From contig JANLFY010000001.1 of assembly GCA_024653485.1 (NCBI GenBank), positions 13,517 through 77,516 on the forward strand: a stretch of DNA of 64,000 nucleotides, written 5' to 3'. Shown one piece after another: positions 1-10,452 of the stretch. A model generated the notes under the pieces. That model worked only from the letters and a program-made list of their open reading frames with translations. It did not search any database and was not told the DNA's origin. The translations under genes and the position numbers were made by a program. The first letter of the stretch is position 1, and every line of letters starts with the position of its first letter. This DNA comes from Bacillota bacterium (GTDB lineage Bacteria; Bacillota; SHA-98; UBA4971).

Positions 1-2
1 GA

Positions 3-743
3 ATGAGGGTCGAGTTCGAGACGAGGCTTGTCCAGACTGGGCAATTCGAGGTCATCGAGCGCGAAAGGCTCGAGCAAGTCATGCAGGAGCAAGGCCTCGG
101 GGCTACGGGCCTTGTCGACCCGTCCAGCGCTGCCCAGATAGGAAAGCTGCTGGGCGTGCAGGCGATGGTAATGGGCAGCGTGACGAAATTCGATATCCAC
201 ACGAGCAAGGTTTCCGTTCCGATCCTAGGCTCCGTCACTTCCAGCGAGGCGATTGTGGAGATCCACGTGCGGGTGGTCGACACTACCGCTGGCTCGATCA
301 AGCTGGCCGAGATGGCTGAGGGCAAGGAAAGTCAGGCGAACATATCTCTCAGACTCGAGGGAATGCCGCCGATGGCCTTCGGCAGCGCCAACTTCCATAG
401 CACGATACTGGGTAAGGCCACTTCCAAGGCGGTTGACCAGCTCATCGGGAAGATAATGCAGCTCTTCCCGGTGGAGGGCTATGTGGTGAAGGTCGTGGGC
501 GACAAGGTCTACACAAACCTTGGGCGGGCGCAGGGAGTGAAGGTCGGACAGAAACTCCTGGTGTACCGACTGGGCGAAGTCATCACTGACCCATTCACAG
601 GGCAGGTGCTTTCCGCGGAGAAGATGGAGATAACTACCATCACCGTCACCAGCGTCGAGCAACTCCTCTCCATCGGGACCGTGGATACCCCTGGGGCGGG
701 TGCGAAGGTGCAGATCGGAGACAAAGTCACCGTGAAGTACTGA
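3..743 (+). CDS. CsgG/HfaB-family envelope protein, C-terminal part (5' end outside window)
   Basis: The ORF is open to the window edge. 'FETRLVQTGQFEVIERERLEQVMQEQ...AAQIGKLLGVQAMVMGSVTKF' fits the CsgG-family core pattern. The C-terminus has an SH3-like module 'VEGYVVKVVGDKVYTNLG'. Confidence 0.55.
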   Translation: MRVEFETRLVQTGQFEVIERERLEQVMQEQGLGATGLVDPSSAAQIGKLLGVQAMVMGSVTKFDIHTSKVSVPILGSVTSSEAIVEIHVRVVDTTAGSIKLAEMAEGKESQANISLRLEGMPPMAFGSANFHSTILGKATSKAVDQLIGKIMQLFPVEGYVVKVVGDKVYTNLGRAQGVKVGQKLLVYRLGEVITDPFTGQVLSAEKMEITTITVTSVEQLLSIGTVDTPGAGAKVQIGDKVTVKY

Positions 744-764
744 GCGTTCCATGGCTGGCCCAGT

Positions 765-803
765 TAGGACCGTTGGCCTGGGAGCCGGCGGTCCTAGCTT
801 TTC
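765..803 (+). terminator. Hairpin plus T-run after the CsgG-like gene
   Basis: taggaccg (765-772) pairs with cggtccta (789-796), followed by gctttt. Confidence 0.4.
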
Positions 804-888
804 AAGGGCGTTCTGGAACCAGAAACCAGATGCAGCGTTATTATAATAATGCAGGCAGGCCAGGTTGAGGCGGGGTGTCCAGGGATAA

Positions 889-2436
<1,548 letters not shown>

Positions 2437-2511
2437 AGGAAGAGCAGAGGGATGACTGGATCACGAGAGTAGCCCGCCTGACAAGGTGAGGAAACGAAAG
2501 GAGTGTGGCCA

Positions 2512-3330
2512 GTGACGGCTAGATCGTTGAAGTGGGCCGTTGTGGGCATGGTGCTGCTGGCGGTCTCGGTCCTGCCTCAGATCGGGGCGTACGCCCAAGA
2601 CTCGCCGGTGAAGCTCTTCATCAACCCCAATCCCAGCCCGGAGTTCAAAGCTGAGATCTGGGTCGATAGGGGCCAAGGCGCGACTTACTATCCTGGTGAG
2701 AACATCAACGTGTACTATAGAGTAAGCAGGGACAGCTACGTCTACATCCTGGACATTCTCGCCTCGGGGGAACTCAGGTGGCTCGTACGCGATACGTGGA
2801 TTCGTGCGAACAGAGCCTACACGCTGTCGGGCACGGTGGAACCGCCCTCGGGAACGGAGTACCTGATCATGTTCGCCTCCACTCAGAAGCTGCCTATGTC
2901 GGACCTGGAGGAGTCCGCCCGATCCGGTCAGGTGTACATCAAGGGCGAGGCAGATATCGTGCTCGGGAACATCCAGGCGAAGATCAAGATAGTGCCCCAG
3001 AAATCATGGGTGAGCGGGTACACGTATTTCTATGTAGGGGGAGCTTACCCGCCGATTCCGCAGCCGCAGCCCGTTCCCCAGCCTCCGGTTCCGCAGCCAC
3101 AGCCAGTACAGAAGTACGGATCGGTGAGCGTGTCGACCTACCCGTCGGGAGCCACCGTGTTCCTCGACGGCTTCGAGAAGGGGAAGAGCCCAATCGTCCT
3201 GCAATGGGTGCCCTTCGGGGAACACGAGGTTACGCTCGTTCTAGCGGGTTACTACACGGTCACCAGGAGATTCGAGCTGAACTACGCGCATACATACTAC
3301 GTCACCTCATCCATGAAGCGCATTCAGTGA
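2512..3330 (+). CDS. Secreted DUF4384-like / PEGA-domain protein with a PQ-rich linker
   Basis: Signal peptide '...LLAVSVLPQIGAYAQ'. 'YYPGENINVYYRVSRDSYVYILDILASGELRWL' is DUF4384-like. The linker is 'PPIPQPQPVPQPPVPQPQP'. The C-terminal 'VSVSTYPSGATVFLDGFEKGKSP' is PEGA-like. Start is 2503 or 2512; 2512 has better RBS spacing. Confidence 0.6.
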   Translation: MTARSLKWAVVGMVLLAVSVLPQIGAYAQDSPVKLFINPNPSPEFKAEIWVDRGQGATYYPGENINVYYRVSRDSYVYILDILASGELRWLVRDTWIRANRAYTLSGTVEPPSGTEYLIMFASTQKLPMSDLEESARSGQVYIKGEADIVLGNIQAKIKIVPQKSWVSGYTYFYVGGAYPPIPQPQPVPQPPVPQPQPVQKYGSVSVSTYPSGATVFLDGFEKGKSPIVLQWVPFGEHEVTLVLAGYYTVTRRFELNYAHTYYVTSSMKRIQ

Positions 3331-3406
3331 AGCGGGGCAATCGCCCGCCCTTTCTGACGTAGACGCGTTTGAGCGGCGCGGGCCCGGCATTAGGAGTGCG
3401 CTGCCG

Positions 3407-3440
3407 GACAGCCCGGGTGGTCTTGGCCACCCGGGCTGTC
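3407..3440 (+). terminator. 14-bp GC hairpin after the PEGA gene (no U-tract)
   Basis: gacagcccgggtgg / loop tcttgg / ccacccgggctgtc. Confidence 0.4.
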
Positions 3441-3466
3441 GATGTGTGGCAGCGACTTTCCAGTGG

Positions 3467-3475
3467 TGCTATAAT
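3467..3475 (+). promoter_or_regulatory. Extended -10 element TGCTATAAT upstream of asnS
   Basis: Exact TGnTATAAT lies 34 nt upstream of the asnS start. The same 9-mer recurs at 9520, 38771 and 49398. Confidence 0.5.
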
Positions 3476-3508
3476 ATGAAGGGCGGCATTGGAGGTGGAT
3501 GAAGGCAA

Positions 3509-4801
3509 GTGAAAAGCGTGCACATAGCGCATGTCGGTGAGCATGAAGGGCACGAAGTGGAGATCCGGGGCTGGCTTTACAACAAGAGGTCGAGCGGGTC
3601 GGTGCTTTTCCTCATCATCAGGGATGGGACAGGCTTCATCCAATCGGTAGTAGTGAGGGGACAGGTGCCTGACGGAGATTTCGACATCGCTGACAAGCTC
3701 ACCCAAGAGTCGTCCATAGTGGTGCGAGGCCGCGTGAGGGCCGACCGCAGGGCACCGGGCGGGTACGAGCTTTCAGTGTCGGGTTTGGAAGTCGTGTCGC
3801 TGGCCGGGGAGTATCCCATATCTCTCAAGGAGCACGGCGTGGATTTCCTGATGGACCACAGACACCTGTGGCTGCGCACCCCAAGGCAGGGCGCGATCAT
3901 GAGGGTGAGGAACGAGGTCGTGAAGGCTATCCGAGACTTCCTCGACGAGCGCGAGTTTGTCTTGGTTGACGCGCCAATCCTCACGCCGTCGGCGTGCGAG
4001 GGAACGACGACGCTATTCGAGACGGATTACTTCGACACGAAGGCGTACCTGACTCAGAGCGGACAGCTCTATATGGAAGCGGCGGCAATGGCCTTGGGCA
4101 AGGTTTACTGTTTCGGGCCGACCTTCAGGGCGGAGAAGTCCAAAACGCGCAGGCACCTAACGGAATTCTGGATGGTGGAGCCGGAGATGGCGTGGGTCGA
4201 CCTAGACGGTGACATGAAGCTCCAGGAGGACCTGGTGAGCTACGTCGTGCAGCGAGTGCTGCAGAGGCGAGCGGAGGATCTTGCCACGCTCGGCCGCGAT
4301 ACCTCCAAGCTGAAGAACGTCGAGCCGCCTTTCCCGCGGATCTCCTATGACGAGGCTTGTGAGATCCTGCGCCGGCACGGCGTACAGTTCGAGTGGGGCA
4401 CGGATTTTGGCGGGGGAGACGAGACGATCCTCGCCGAGCAGTTCGACCGGCCGGTTTTCGTCCACAGATATCCCACGGCCTGCAAAGCGTTCTACATGAA
4501 ACCCGATCCGTGCCGGCCGGAGGTGTGCCTATCTGCGGACCTCCTCGCGCCTGAAGGATACGGTGAGATCATCGGTGGAGGACAGAGGATTGACGATCCG
4601 GAACTTTTGGAGCGTCGCATAGAAGAGCATCGGCTTCCGGGGGAAGCATACAAATGGTATATGGACCTGCGCAGGTATGGGTCGGTCCCGCACTCCGGGT
4701 TCGGGCTCGGCGTTGAGCGTACGGTGGCCTGGATTTGCGGCCTCGAACACGTGCGAGAAACGATACCATTTCCGAGGCTGCTGAACAGGATCTACCCATG
4801 A
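3509..4801 (+). CDS. asnS: Asparagine--tRNA ligase (430-aa class IIb type)
   Basis: N-terminal OB fold '[29 protein letters not shown]', '[23 protein letters not shown]' and motif 3 '[10 protein letters not shown]'. Confidence 0.85.
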   Translation: MKSVHIAHVGEHEGHEVEIRGWLYNKRSSGSVLFLIIRDGTGFIQSVVVRGQVPDGDFDIADKLTQESSIVVRGRVRADRRAPGGYELSVSGLEVVSLAGEYPISLKEHGVDFLMDHRHLWLRTPRQGAIMRVRNEVVKAIRDFLDEREFVLVDAPILTPSACEGTTTLFETDYFDTKAYLTQSGQLYMEAAAMALGKVYCFGPTFRAEKSKTRRHLTEFWMVEPEMAWVDLDGDMKLQEDLVSYVVQRVLQRRAEDLATLGRDTSKLKNVEPPFPRISYDEACEILRRHGVQFEWGTDFGGGDETILAEQFDRPVFVHRYPTACKAFYMKPDPCRPEVCLSADLLAPEGYGEIIGGGQRIDDPELLERRIEEHRLPGEAYKWYMDLRRYGSVPHSGFGLGVERTVAWICGLEHVRETIPFPRLLNRIYP

Positions 4802-5269
4802 AGTGAACACGATGGTCGCCGCAGGGAGCGGCGCCTGCAGTTGGCAGGTGGGTCGCAGCCACGCCGTAGCTATGGCGAGCGATTTCGCTGCACTTGCTCT
4901 CTTGACGGGAGGATGGCAAGCTACACGAGTTCAAGCGGCGGCCGATGCACAGGCCTGCTCCGGCGCGCATCCCGGCCCGGGAACGAGCAGCGATGTGGGC
5001 GAGGCGGAGACGCAGTCGAGGGCGCTGGACGCCTTTCCGGAGAATGCCGTCGCTGCTGCGTGCCTCGGGAGGCTATCGCTTGGGGGCGCCGGCGCGCCTC
5101 GAAAGCGCAAGAATGGATGAGAGTCCGGGACACAGACACGACCATGCTCCATACTGGCAAGCTGGCAAGCCCGGACTCGACATGAGTGAAGCGCTGACAG
5201 TGATGGTGACAGTGAAGCCGTGCCCGTGGTTGAGAAAGTAGAGAGGAAGGCGAAGGAGAGATCCGCAGC

Positions 5270-6679
5270 GTGGCGAGTGCAAGACAACAGGGTCGCTATG
5301 ATGTCATAATCGTGGGAGCGGGCCCCGCCGGCATTTTCGCTGCACTGGAGTTTGTTCGGGCAGCGGAAGGCCCGGTCAAGATGATCATCGTAGAGAAGGG
5401 CTCTGATCTAGATGCCAGGGTTTGCCCATCGAACGAAGGCAAGACCGCTTGCCGAAGGTGTCAGCCGTGCAGCATAGTGTCAGGCTGGGGAGGGGCCGGC
5501 GCTTTCAGCGACGGCAAGCTCACTCTTTCGACTCAGGTTGGCGGCATGCTCGACGTGTACCTGGGCGACCGAGATCTGAAGGAGCTCATCGAGTACGTTG
5601 ACGGCATCTACCTTGGGTTCGGCGCGCCCACCAAGGTCTATGGCGGAGATGAGGAGGCCCTGCACGAGCTCGAGCGCAAAGCCCTCATCGCGGAGCTCAA
5701 GTTCATACCCGCGAAGATCAGACACCTGGGAACCGGGAAGACCAAGGACGTCTTGGAGGGCATGAAGAACCATCTCGCTGAGCAGATTGAGATCTCACTT
5801 CGCGAGAGCGCCACCAAGATCCTCGTAGAAGACGGCAAAGTGGCGGGAATCGAGACTTCGAAAGGCCGCACGATCCTTGGGGACTATGTCATCGTCGCCC
5901 CGGGGAGAGAGGGAGCTGAGTGGCTTGCTCAAGAGGCGCGCAGGCTTGGGCTCTCCATGGCCATCAACCCGGTGGACATCGGCGTGCGCGTGGAACTGCC
6001 CGCGGTCGTGGCGGAGCCTCTAACCGACGTGGCATACGAGTCCAAGCTCATATACCACTCGCGTTCCTTTGACGACAAGGTCCGCACCTTCTGCATGTGC
6101 CCCTACGGAGAAGTGGTCACGGAGAGTTCCGACGGGCTGATCACGGTGAACGGGCACACGCACTTCGAAAGGAAGACCGAGAACACGAACTTCGCGCTCT
6201 TGGTCAGCAAGACGTTCACCGAGCCGTTCAAGGACCCGATAGCCTATGGCAAGTATGTGGCGGGCCTGGCGAACCTCCTGGGAGGCGGGGTCATCGTCCA
6301 GAGGCTCGGCGACCTCATCACGGGGCGCCGGTCTACAAGGGAGAGGCTGGCCAAGGGCACGTGCGTGCCCACGCTCGAAGACGCAACTCCCGGCGACCTC
6401 AGCCTCGTGTTCCCTTACAGACATCTGGTAAGCATCATAGAGATGCTGAAGTCGCTCGATGCCGTGGCGCCCGGAGTGTATGGGCGCAACACCCTGTTGT
6501 ACGGTGTCGAGGTGAAATTCTACTCTTCGAGGCTCGCCGTGACTAGCTCTCTCGAGACGCAGATTAGGAATCTCTTTGCCATCGGCGACGGCGCGGGAGT
6601 CACGAGAGGCCTGATGCAAGCTTCCGCCTCAGGCGTGGTGGCGGCGCGGGAGATCCTTGGACGCCTCGCTAGGCCGTAG
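5270..6679 (+). CDS. FAD-dependent protein (COG2509-like NAD(FAD)-utilizing dehydrogenase)
   Basis: Rossmann motif 'YDVIIVGAGPAGIFAA', C-terminal 'FAIGDGAGVTRGLMQA', GAAGGAG RBS 8 nt upstream of the GTG. Confidence 0.7.
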   Translation: MASARQQGRYDVIIVGAGPAGIFAALEFVRAAEGPVKMIIVEKGSDLDARVCPSNEGKTACRRCQPCSIVSGWGGAGAFSDGKLTLSTQVGGMLDVYLGDRDLKELIEYVDGIYLGFGAPTKVYGGDEEALHELERKALIAELKFIPAKIRHLGTGKTKDVLEGMKNHLAEQIEISLRESATKILVEDGKVAGIETSKGRTILGDYVIVAPGREGAEWLAQEARRLGLSMAINPVDIGVRVELPAVVAEPLTDVAYESKLIYHSRSFDDKVRTFCMCPYGEVVTESSDGLITVNGHTHFERKTENTNFALLVSKTFTEPFKDPIAYGKYVAGLANLLGGGVIVQRLGDLITGRRSTRERLAKGTCVPTLEDATPGDLSLVFPYRHLVSIIEMLKSLDAVAPGVYGRNTLLYGVEVKFYSSRLAVTSSLETQIRNLFAIGDGAGVTRGLMQASASGVVAAREILGRLARP

Positions 6680-6782
6680 GGGGCTCGCGCACCGGCGTGG
6701 GGACTCCCCCTCTCCCAGCGAAGCTTGAGAGATCAGCCAACCAGCGAACGGCGTGGTGTGAAAAGATCCCGCCAGGTTCTGC

Positions 6783-6811
6783 TTGACGCGGAGGCAGGCG
6801 TACGATATAGT
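6783..6811 (+). promoter_or_regulatory. Sigma-70-type promoter TTGACG-17-TATAGT
   Basis: TTGACG at 6783-6788, a 17-nt spacer, TATAGT at 6806-6811. Confidence 0.55.
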
Positions 6812-6886
6812 GATATCTGGCAACAGCGGAAACCCGCACGAGATTTGAGGGGAGAATTCAGTGAGAGGAGAAGGGAGGTCGCGCAA

Positions 6887-7006
6887 GTGATCAGGACGGT
6901 TGACGTCGTGAAAGTCCGGTTTGATGGCGCCGCGGCGTCGTGCGCGTTCCTTTGCGGACGATCCGAGGGCGAGTCTGCCCATGCGCGGCCTGACCCTGCC
7001 TTGTAG
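6887..7006 (+). CDS. Candidate 39-aa small ORF / leader peptide (VIRTVDVVKVRFDGAAASCAFLCGRSEGESAHARPDPAL)
   Basis: GGGAGG RBS 8 nt upstream of the GTG at 6887. The ORF is bracketed by the promoter at 6783 and the intrinsic terminator at 7023. I recognise no homology. Confidence 0.3.
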   Translation: MIRTVDVVKVRFDGAAASCAFLCGRSEGESAHARPDPAL

Positions 7007-7022
7007 CTGGTAGGTTTTGGTA

Positions 7023-7062
7023 GGGTCGTGGGCCGCACGAGGGCCCACGACCCTTTCTGTTT
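7023..7062 (+). terminator. Rho-independent terminator
   Basis: 12-bp stem gggtcgtgggcc / 7-nt loop / ggcccacgaccc, followed by tttctgttt. Confidence 0.7.
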
Positions 7063-7189
7063 GACGCTGACCCTTGCGTCAGGTCTTCACGAGGAGAGTC
7101 GTGGGCAGGACCCGGCTCTCCTCTTGGTTTTCCGGCTCTACGTCGAGTCGCGCCCCGGCCTTGTGGTGCCGGGGGCCTGAAGGCGAGGT

Positions 7190-8227
7190 TTGGAAGAGAT
7201 GCAAGGTGACATGCAAGGACAAGAGGTGGCGCTCGAATGCGTGGGCGCACGCAAAGTGTTCTACGTCAGGAAGGAAGCGCGTCCGAAAAGGACGCTCTCA
7301 CTCGAGGGAGCCGGGCAGGCGAGCCGAGACCCCGGTGGCAGCCCGGACGGCGTGGCCTCGGGGGGATGCGTGGCCGCCGTGAAGCCTGAACACCCTGTCC
7401 CTGGTGAGCCTGAGCGCGACGCGCTCACCAACGGCAGGCACCGGGCCCGGCTGGCCGTCTCACGGGCCATCGCGACGATGTTTCCGAGAACCGTGAAGGT
7501 GGAGGCCGTGTCGGGAGTAACGTTCAGCGTGAAACGCGGCGAGATATTCGGCATCCTGGGGCCCAACGGCTCCGGGAAGTCCACGCTCATCAGGCTGATT
7601 TCGACGTTGCTCCTCCCAGATGAAGGGGAGATCAGGGTGTTCGGCCACGATGTGGTGAGGGAGCGGTTCGAGGTGCGGCGTCTGATAAACCGCGTGTCTG
7701 TGGAGGCGGCCTTCTTCAAGAAGCTCTCGGCCATGGAGAACCTGAGCTACGCCGCGCGTCTCTACGATGTGGACATCGGCCTGGCGCGGCGGAAAGCCGT
7801 GGAAATCCTGCGGCGTCTCGGTTTCAGCGAAAGCAAGGCGTACGAACCGCTCGAGGACTTGTCCCGCGGGATGCAGCAGAAGGTTGCGGTTGCCAGGGCG
7901 CTTCTCACGTCGCCCGTGCTGCTTCTGCTCGACGAGCCGACGACCGGTCTGGACCCGGTGTCGAAGCGCGAGGTACAGGACTACGTCCTCGAGGTGAGGA
8001 ACTCGCACGACACCACGGTGATCCTGACCACCCATGACATGCAGGAGGCTGATCGGCTGTGCGACAGGGTGGCCATCATTGACCAGGGCAGGTTCGTTGC
8101 CCTGGACACGCCGACGCGCCTCAAGGAGAGCCTCTCCACTAACGGCGAGGCCGTGACCCTGGAACACGTGTTCTTCGCGCTCACAGGGAAGGCGCTCAAG
8201 GACTCCAATCCGGAGGAGGCGGATTAG
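7190..8227 (+). CDS. ABC transporter ATP-binding protein (COG4586-like, ABC-2 exporter type)
   Basis: Walker A 'GPNGSGKST', signature 'LSRGMQQKVAVARAL', Walker B 'LLLLDEPTTGLD'. N-terminal strand 'ARKVFYVRKEARPKR' is followed by an insertion, then 'VKVEAVSGVTFSVKRGEIFG'. Start is TTG 7190 or ATG 7199. Confidence 0.85.
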   Translation: MEEMQGDMQGQEVALECVGARKVFYVRKEARPKRTLSLEGAGQASRDPGGSPDGVASGGCVAAVKPEHPVPGEPERDALTNGRHRARLAVSRAIATMFPRTVKVEAVSGVTFSVKRGEIFGILGPNGSGKSTLIRLISTLLLPDEGEIRVFGHDVVRERFEVRRLINRVSVEAAFFKKLSAMENLSYAARLYDVDIGLARRKAVEILRRLGFSESKAYEPLEDLSRGMQQKVAVARALLTSPVLLLLDEPTTGLDPVSKREVQDYVLEVRNSHDTTVILTTHDMQEADRLCDRVAIIDQGRFVALDTPTRLKESLSTNGEAVTLEHVFFALTGKALKDSNPEEAD

Positions 8228-8228
8228 C

Positions 8229-9071
8229 GTGATCGAGCTTTCGAGGGAGCTGAGACGAAGCTACGCTCTGGTCGAGCGGAACTTCAACCTCATCAAGAGA
8301 TACATAGGCTGGGAGATAGTGTTTCTCGTGTACACGGTGGTGAACACTCTCACGATCGCGTTCATAGGCGTGAGCCCGGTGACAGGCGGAGCTGGAGCCG
8401 TGCCTGGAGCGGCCGCGGGAGACAGCGGCGACAGGGTGCTCTATCTGGTCGTGGGGGCTCTGCTCTGGGGATTCCTGTCCGTGCTGTTCCATGAGGTGGC
8501 CGAGTCGGTTCAGTGGGAACGGTGGGAGGGTACGATCGAGTACTCGTTCATGGCGCCCATGAAGAGGCTGTCATACCTCGGCGGAGTGTGCCTGTTTGCC
8601 GCGAGCTACGGGGCAATGAGGACCGTCGTGGTCATGCTTGCGGTAGTGTCCCTGTTCAAGCTGGATCTCGGCAGCGCTGACCTGGGGGCGGCGCTCGTAG
8701 TGCTTCTGCTTTCGAGCCTCTCCTTCATCGGTGTCGGGCTCATGGCTGCGGTGTTGCCGCTGCTGTCTCCGGAGAAGGGCTCGCAAGCTGCACACATCTT
8801 GGAAGCGGCCATTCTCCTCGTCTCGGGCGTGTACTACGAGGTTGACGTGCTGCCCGCGTGGCTCAAGCCGCTTTCGCGGCTGTCCCCGGCCACCTATACT
8901 CTCAGAGCCGCGCGCGCGGCGTTGCTTCGGGACGCCTCCATCCGAGAGATAGGGGGTGACCTCGTGTTGCTCCTCATCATTGGAGCAGTGCTCATTCCCC
9001 TCGGGTTGAGGGTGTTCAACTGGGGCGAGCTTCACGCCATGCGCACGGGGAAGCTCAAGAGGAGCGGGTGA
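8229..9071 (+). CDS. ABC-2 type transporter permease
   Basis: Starts 1 nt after the ATPase stop. About 6 hydrophobic segments and N-terminal 'ERNFNLIKRYIGWEIVF', typical of ABC-2 permeases. Confidence 0.75.
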   Translation: MIELSRELRRSYALVERNFNLIKRYIGWEIVFLVYTVVNTLTIAFIGVSPVTGGAGAVPGAAAGDSGDRVLYLVVGALLWGFLSVLFHEVAESVQWERWEGTIEYSFMAPMKRLSYLGGVCLFAASYGAMRTVVVMLAVVSLFKLDLGSADLGAALVVLLLSSLSFIGVGLMAAVLPLLSPEKGSQAAHILEAAILLVSGVYYEVDVLPAWLKPLSRLSPATYTLRAARAALLRDASIREIGGDLVLLLIIGAVLIPLGLRVFNWGELHAMRTGKLKRSG

Positions 9072-9499
9072 GACAGGGCAGCACGTGAACAAACCAGTCG
9101 GGGGCTTGCGCTCGGCCGCTTGGAGGAGCCTCGGGGGAATTCGTGGAGAAGTCGCGTACCTGTACGCAAGGGAGGGTCGCACGATGGTACTGACGGTTGG
9201 CAGCATCAGGATATCGGTTGAGATAGACAACGACAGGGAGAAAGCCAAAGGGTCCCGCAAGGAGTGCCTGCGCGAGGGCGTGCTGAGGGAGGATCACATC
9301 GACGTGGTTCGCTCCAAGGTGATGAGGGACACTGTGTTCATGAGGCTGAGGTGACCGCGGTGACTCTGAAGGCAGCGGAGAGGAACGCGGTGGAAGCGGA
9401 TGGGCGAGTCGGTCCAGCCGCTTCCCGCATGTACGCTCCTTCGACATGTGTGCTCCTCCGGGCGCAAGCTCCGGACGCACAGGTGCATGGATAGTGCCA

Positions 9500-9528
9500 T
9501 TGAAGAGGGAGGTCCTTTGTGCTATAAT
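9500..9528 (+). promoter_or_regulatory. Promoter TTGAAG-17-(TGC)TATAAT upstream of rpmE
   Basis: TTGAAG at 9500-9505, a 17-nt spacer, TATAAT at 9523-9528 with an extended TG. Confidence 0.6.
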
Positions 9529-9588
9529 GACACCGCTGACTGTTGTCAATAGCTGTCGTTGACGCGGCGTGTCCAGGAGGTGAGCCAG

Positions 9589-9786
9589 TTGAAGAAGGGA
9601 ATACATCCGGAGTACTTCATCACCACCGTTACTTGCGCGTGCGGGGAGAGATTCGAAGTCGGCTCGACCCGAAAGGATCTCAGGGTCGAGATATGCTCGA
9701 AGTGCCACCCGATGTTCACCGGCAAGCAGAGGATAGTCGACACCGGCGGCCGGGTGGAGAGGTTCAAGAAGCGACATGGTCTGTAA
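9589..9786 (+). CDS. rpmE: 50S ribosomal protein L31
   Basis: '[26 protein letters not shown]...[14 protein letters not shown]'. TTG start at 9589 lies 8 nt after AGGAGG. Confidence 0.9.
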   Translation: MKKGIHPEYFITTVTCACGERFEVGSTRKDLRVEICSKCHPMFTGKQRIVDTGGRVERFKKRHGL

Positions 9787-9840
9787 TGACGGAACCAATC
9801 TATTTGACGAGGAAGCAGAGCCCCAGGCGGCTCTGTTTTT

Positions 9841-10452
9841 GTGAAGAGGGGAAACGCGTTGGCAAAGGTGGAGTCGCCAGGGCGGATCGACGCAATAGTA
9901 GGACCGATGTACAGCGGCAAGACTGAGGAACTCATCCGCCGGGTGAGGAGGGCGAAGATCGCGGGGCTGGATGTTCAGGTTTTCAAACCGGCCATCGACG
10001 ACAGGTACAGCGTGCAGGAGGTCAGCTCCCATGCCGGGGGCAGGATCGAGGCTGTCCTCGTGACAAGGGCGGTGGAGGTGCTCCGGACGAGCGCGGGAGC
10101 CGCGGACGTGGTCGCCATAGACGAGGCTCAGTTCTTTGATGAAGCCTTGGTAAGGGTGTGCGACACCCTTGCGGGGAACGGCGTACACGTGATCGTGGCC
10201 GGGCTCGACACGGATTTCCGAGGGGAGCCCTTCATCCAGGTAGCGAAGGTCATGGCCATAGCCGACCACGTGACCAAACTCGATGCAGTGTGCGAGGTGT
10301 GCGGAGCGCCCGCCACAAGGAGCCAGAGGATCATCAATGGGGTGCCTGCGAACTTCAATGATCCCGTAGTGCTCGTCGGGGCGAAGGAGTCTTATCAAGC
10401 GAGGTGCCGCAGGTGCCATGTGGTGCCCGGCAAGGGGGCGCTTTCGATTTGA
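9841..10452 (+). CDS. tdk: Thymidine kinase
   Basis: P-loop 'GPMYSGKTEEL', 'IDEAQFF', and zinc ribbon 'CEVCG...RCRRCH'. Confidence 0.9.
   Translation: MKRGNALAKVESPGRIDAIVGPMYSGKTEELIRRVRRAKIAGLDVQVFKPAIDDRYSVQEVSSHAGGRIEAVLVTRAVEVLRTSAGAADVVAIDEAQFFDEALVRVCDTLAGNGVHVIVAGLDTDFRGEPFIQVAKVMAIADHVTKLDAVCEVCGAPATRSQRIINGVPANFNDPVVLVGAKESYQARCRRCHVVPGKGALSI

Noticed and set aside
6908-6920. GUGAAAGUCCGG, resembling the RNase P RNA P4 strand (GAGGAAAGUCCGG)
   Set aside because: The promoter-to-terminator unit is only about 250 nt, too short for bacterial RNase P RNA. I could not find the other conserved RNase P elements, including the 3' P4 strand.
9055-10419. 454-aa minus-strand ORF, the longest minus-strand ORF in the left half of the window
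   Set aside because: It is antisense to clearly identified rpmE and tdk. Its R/P/H/G-rich composition is typical of the antisense frame of GC-rich genes. It has no RBS and no recognisable motif.
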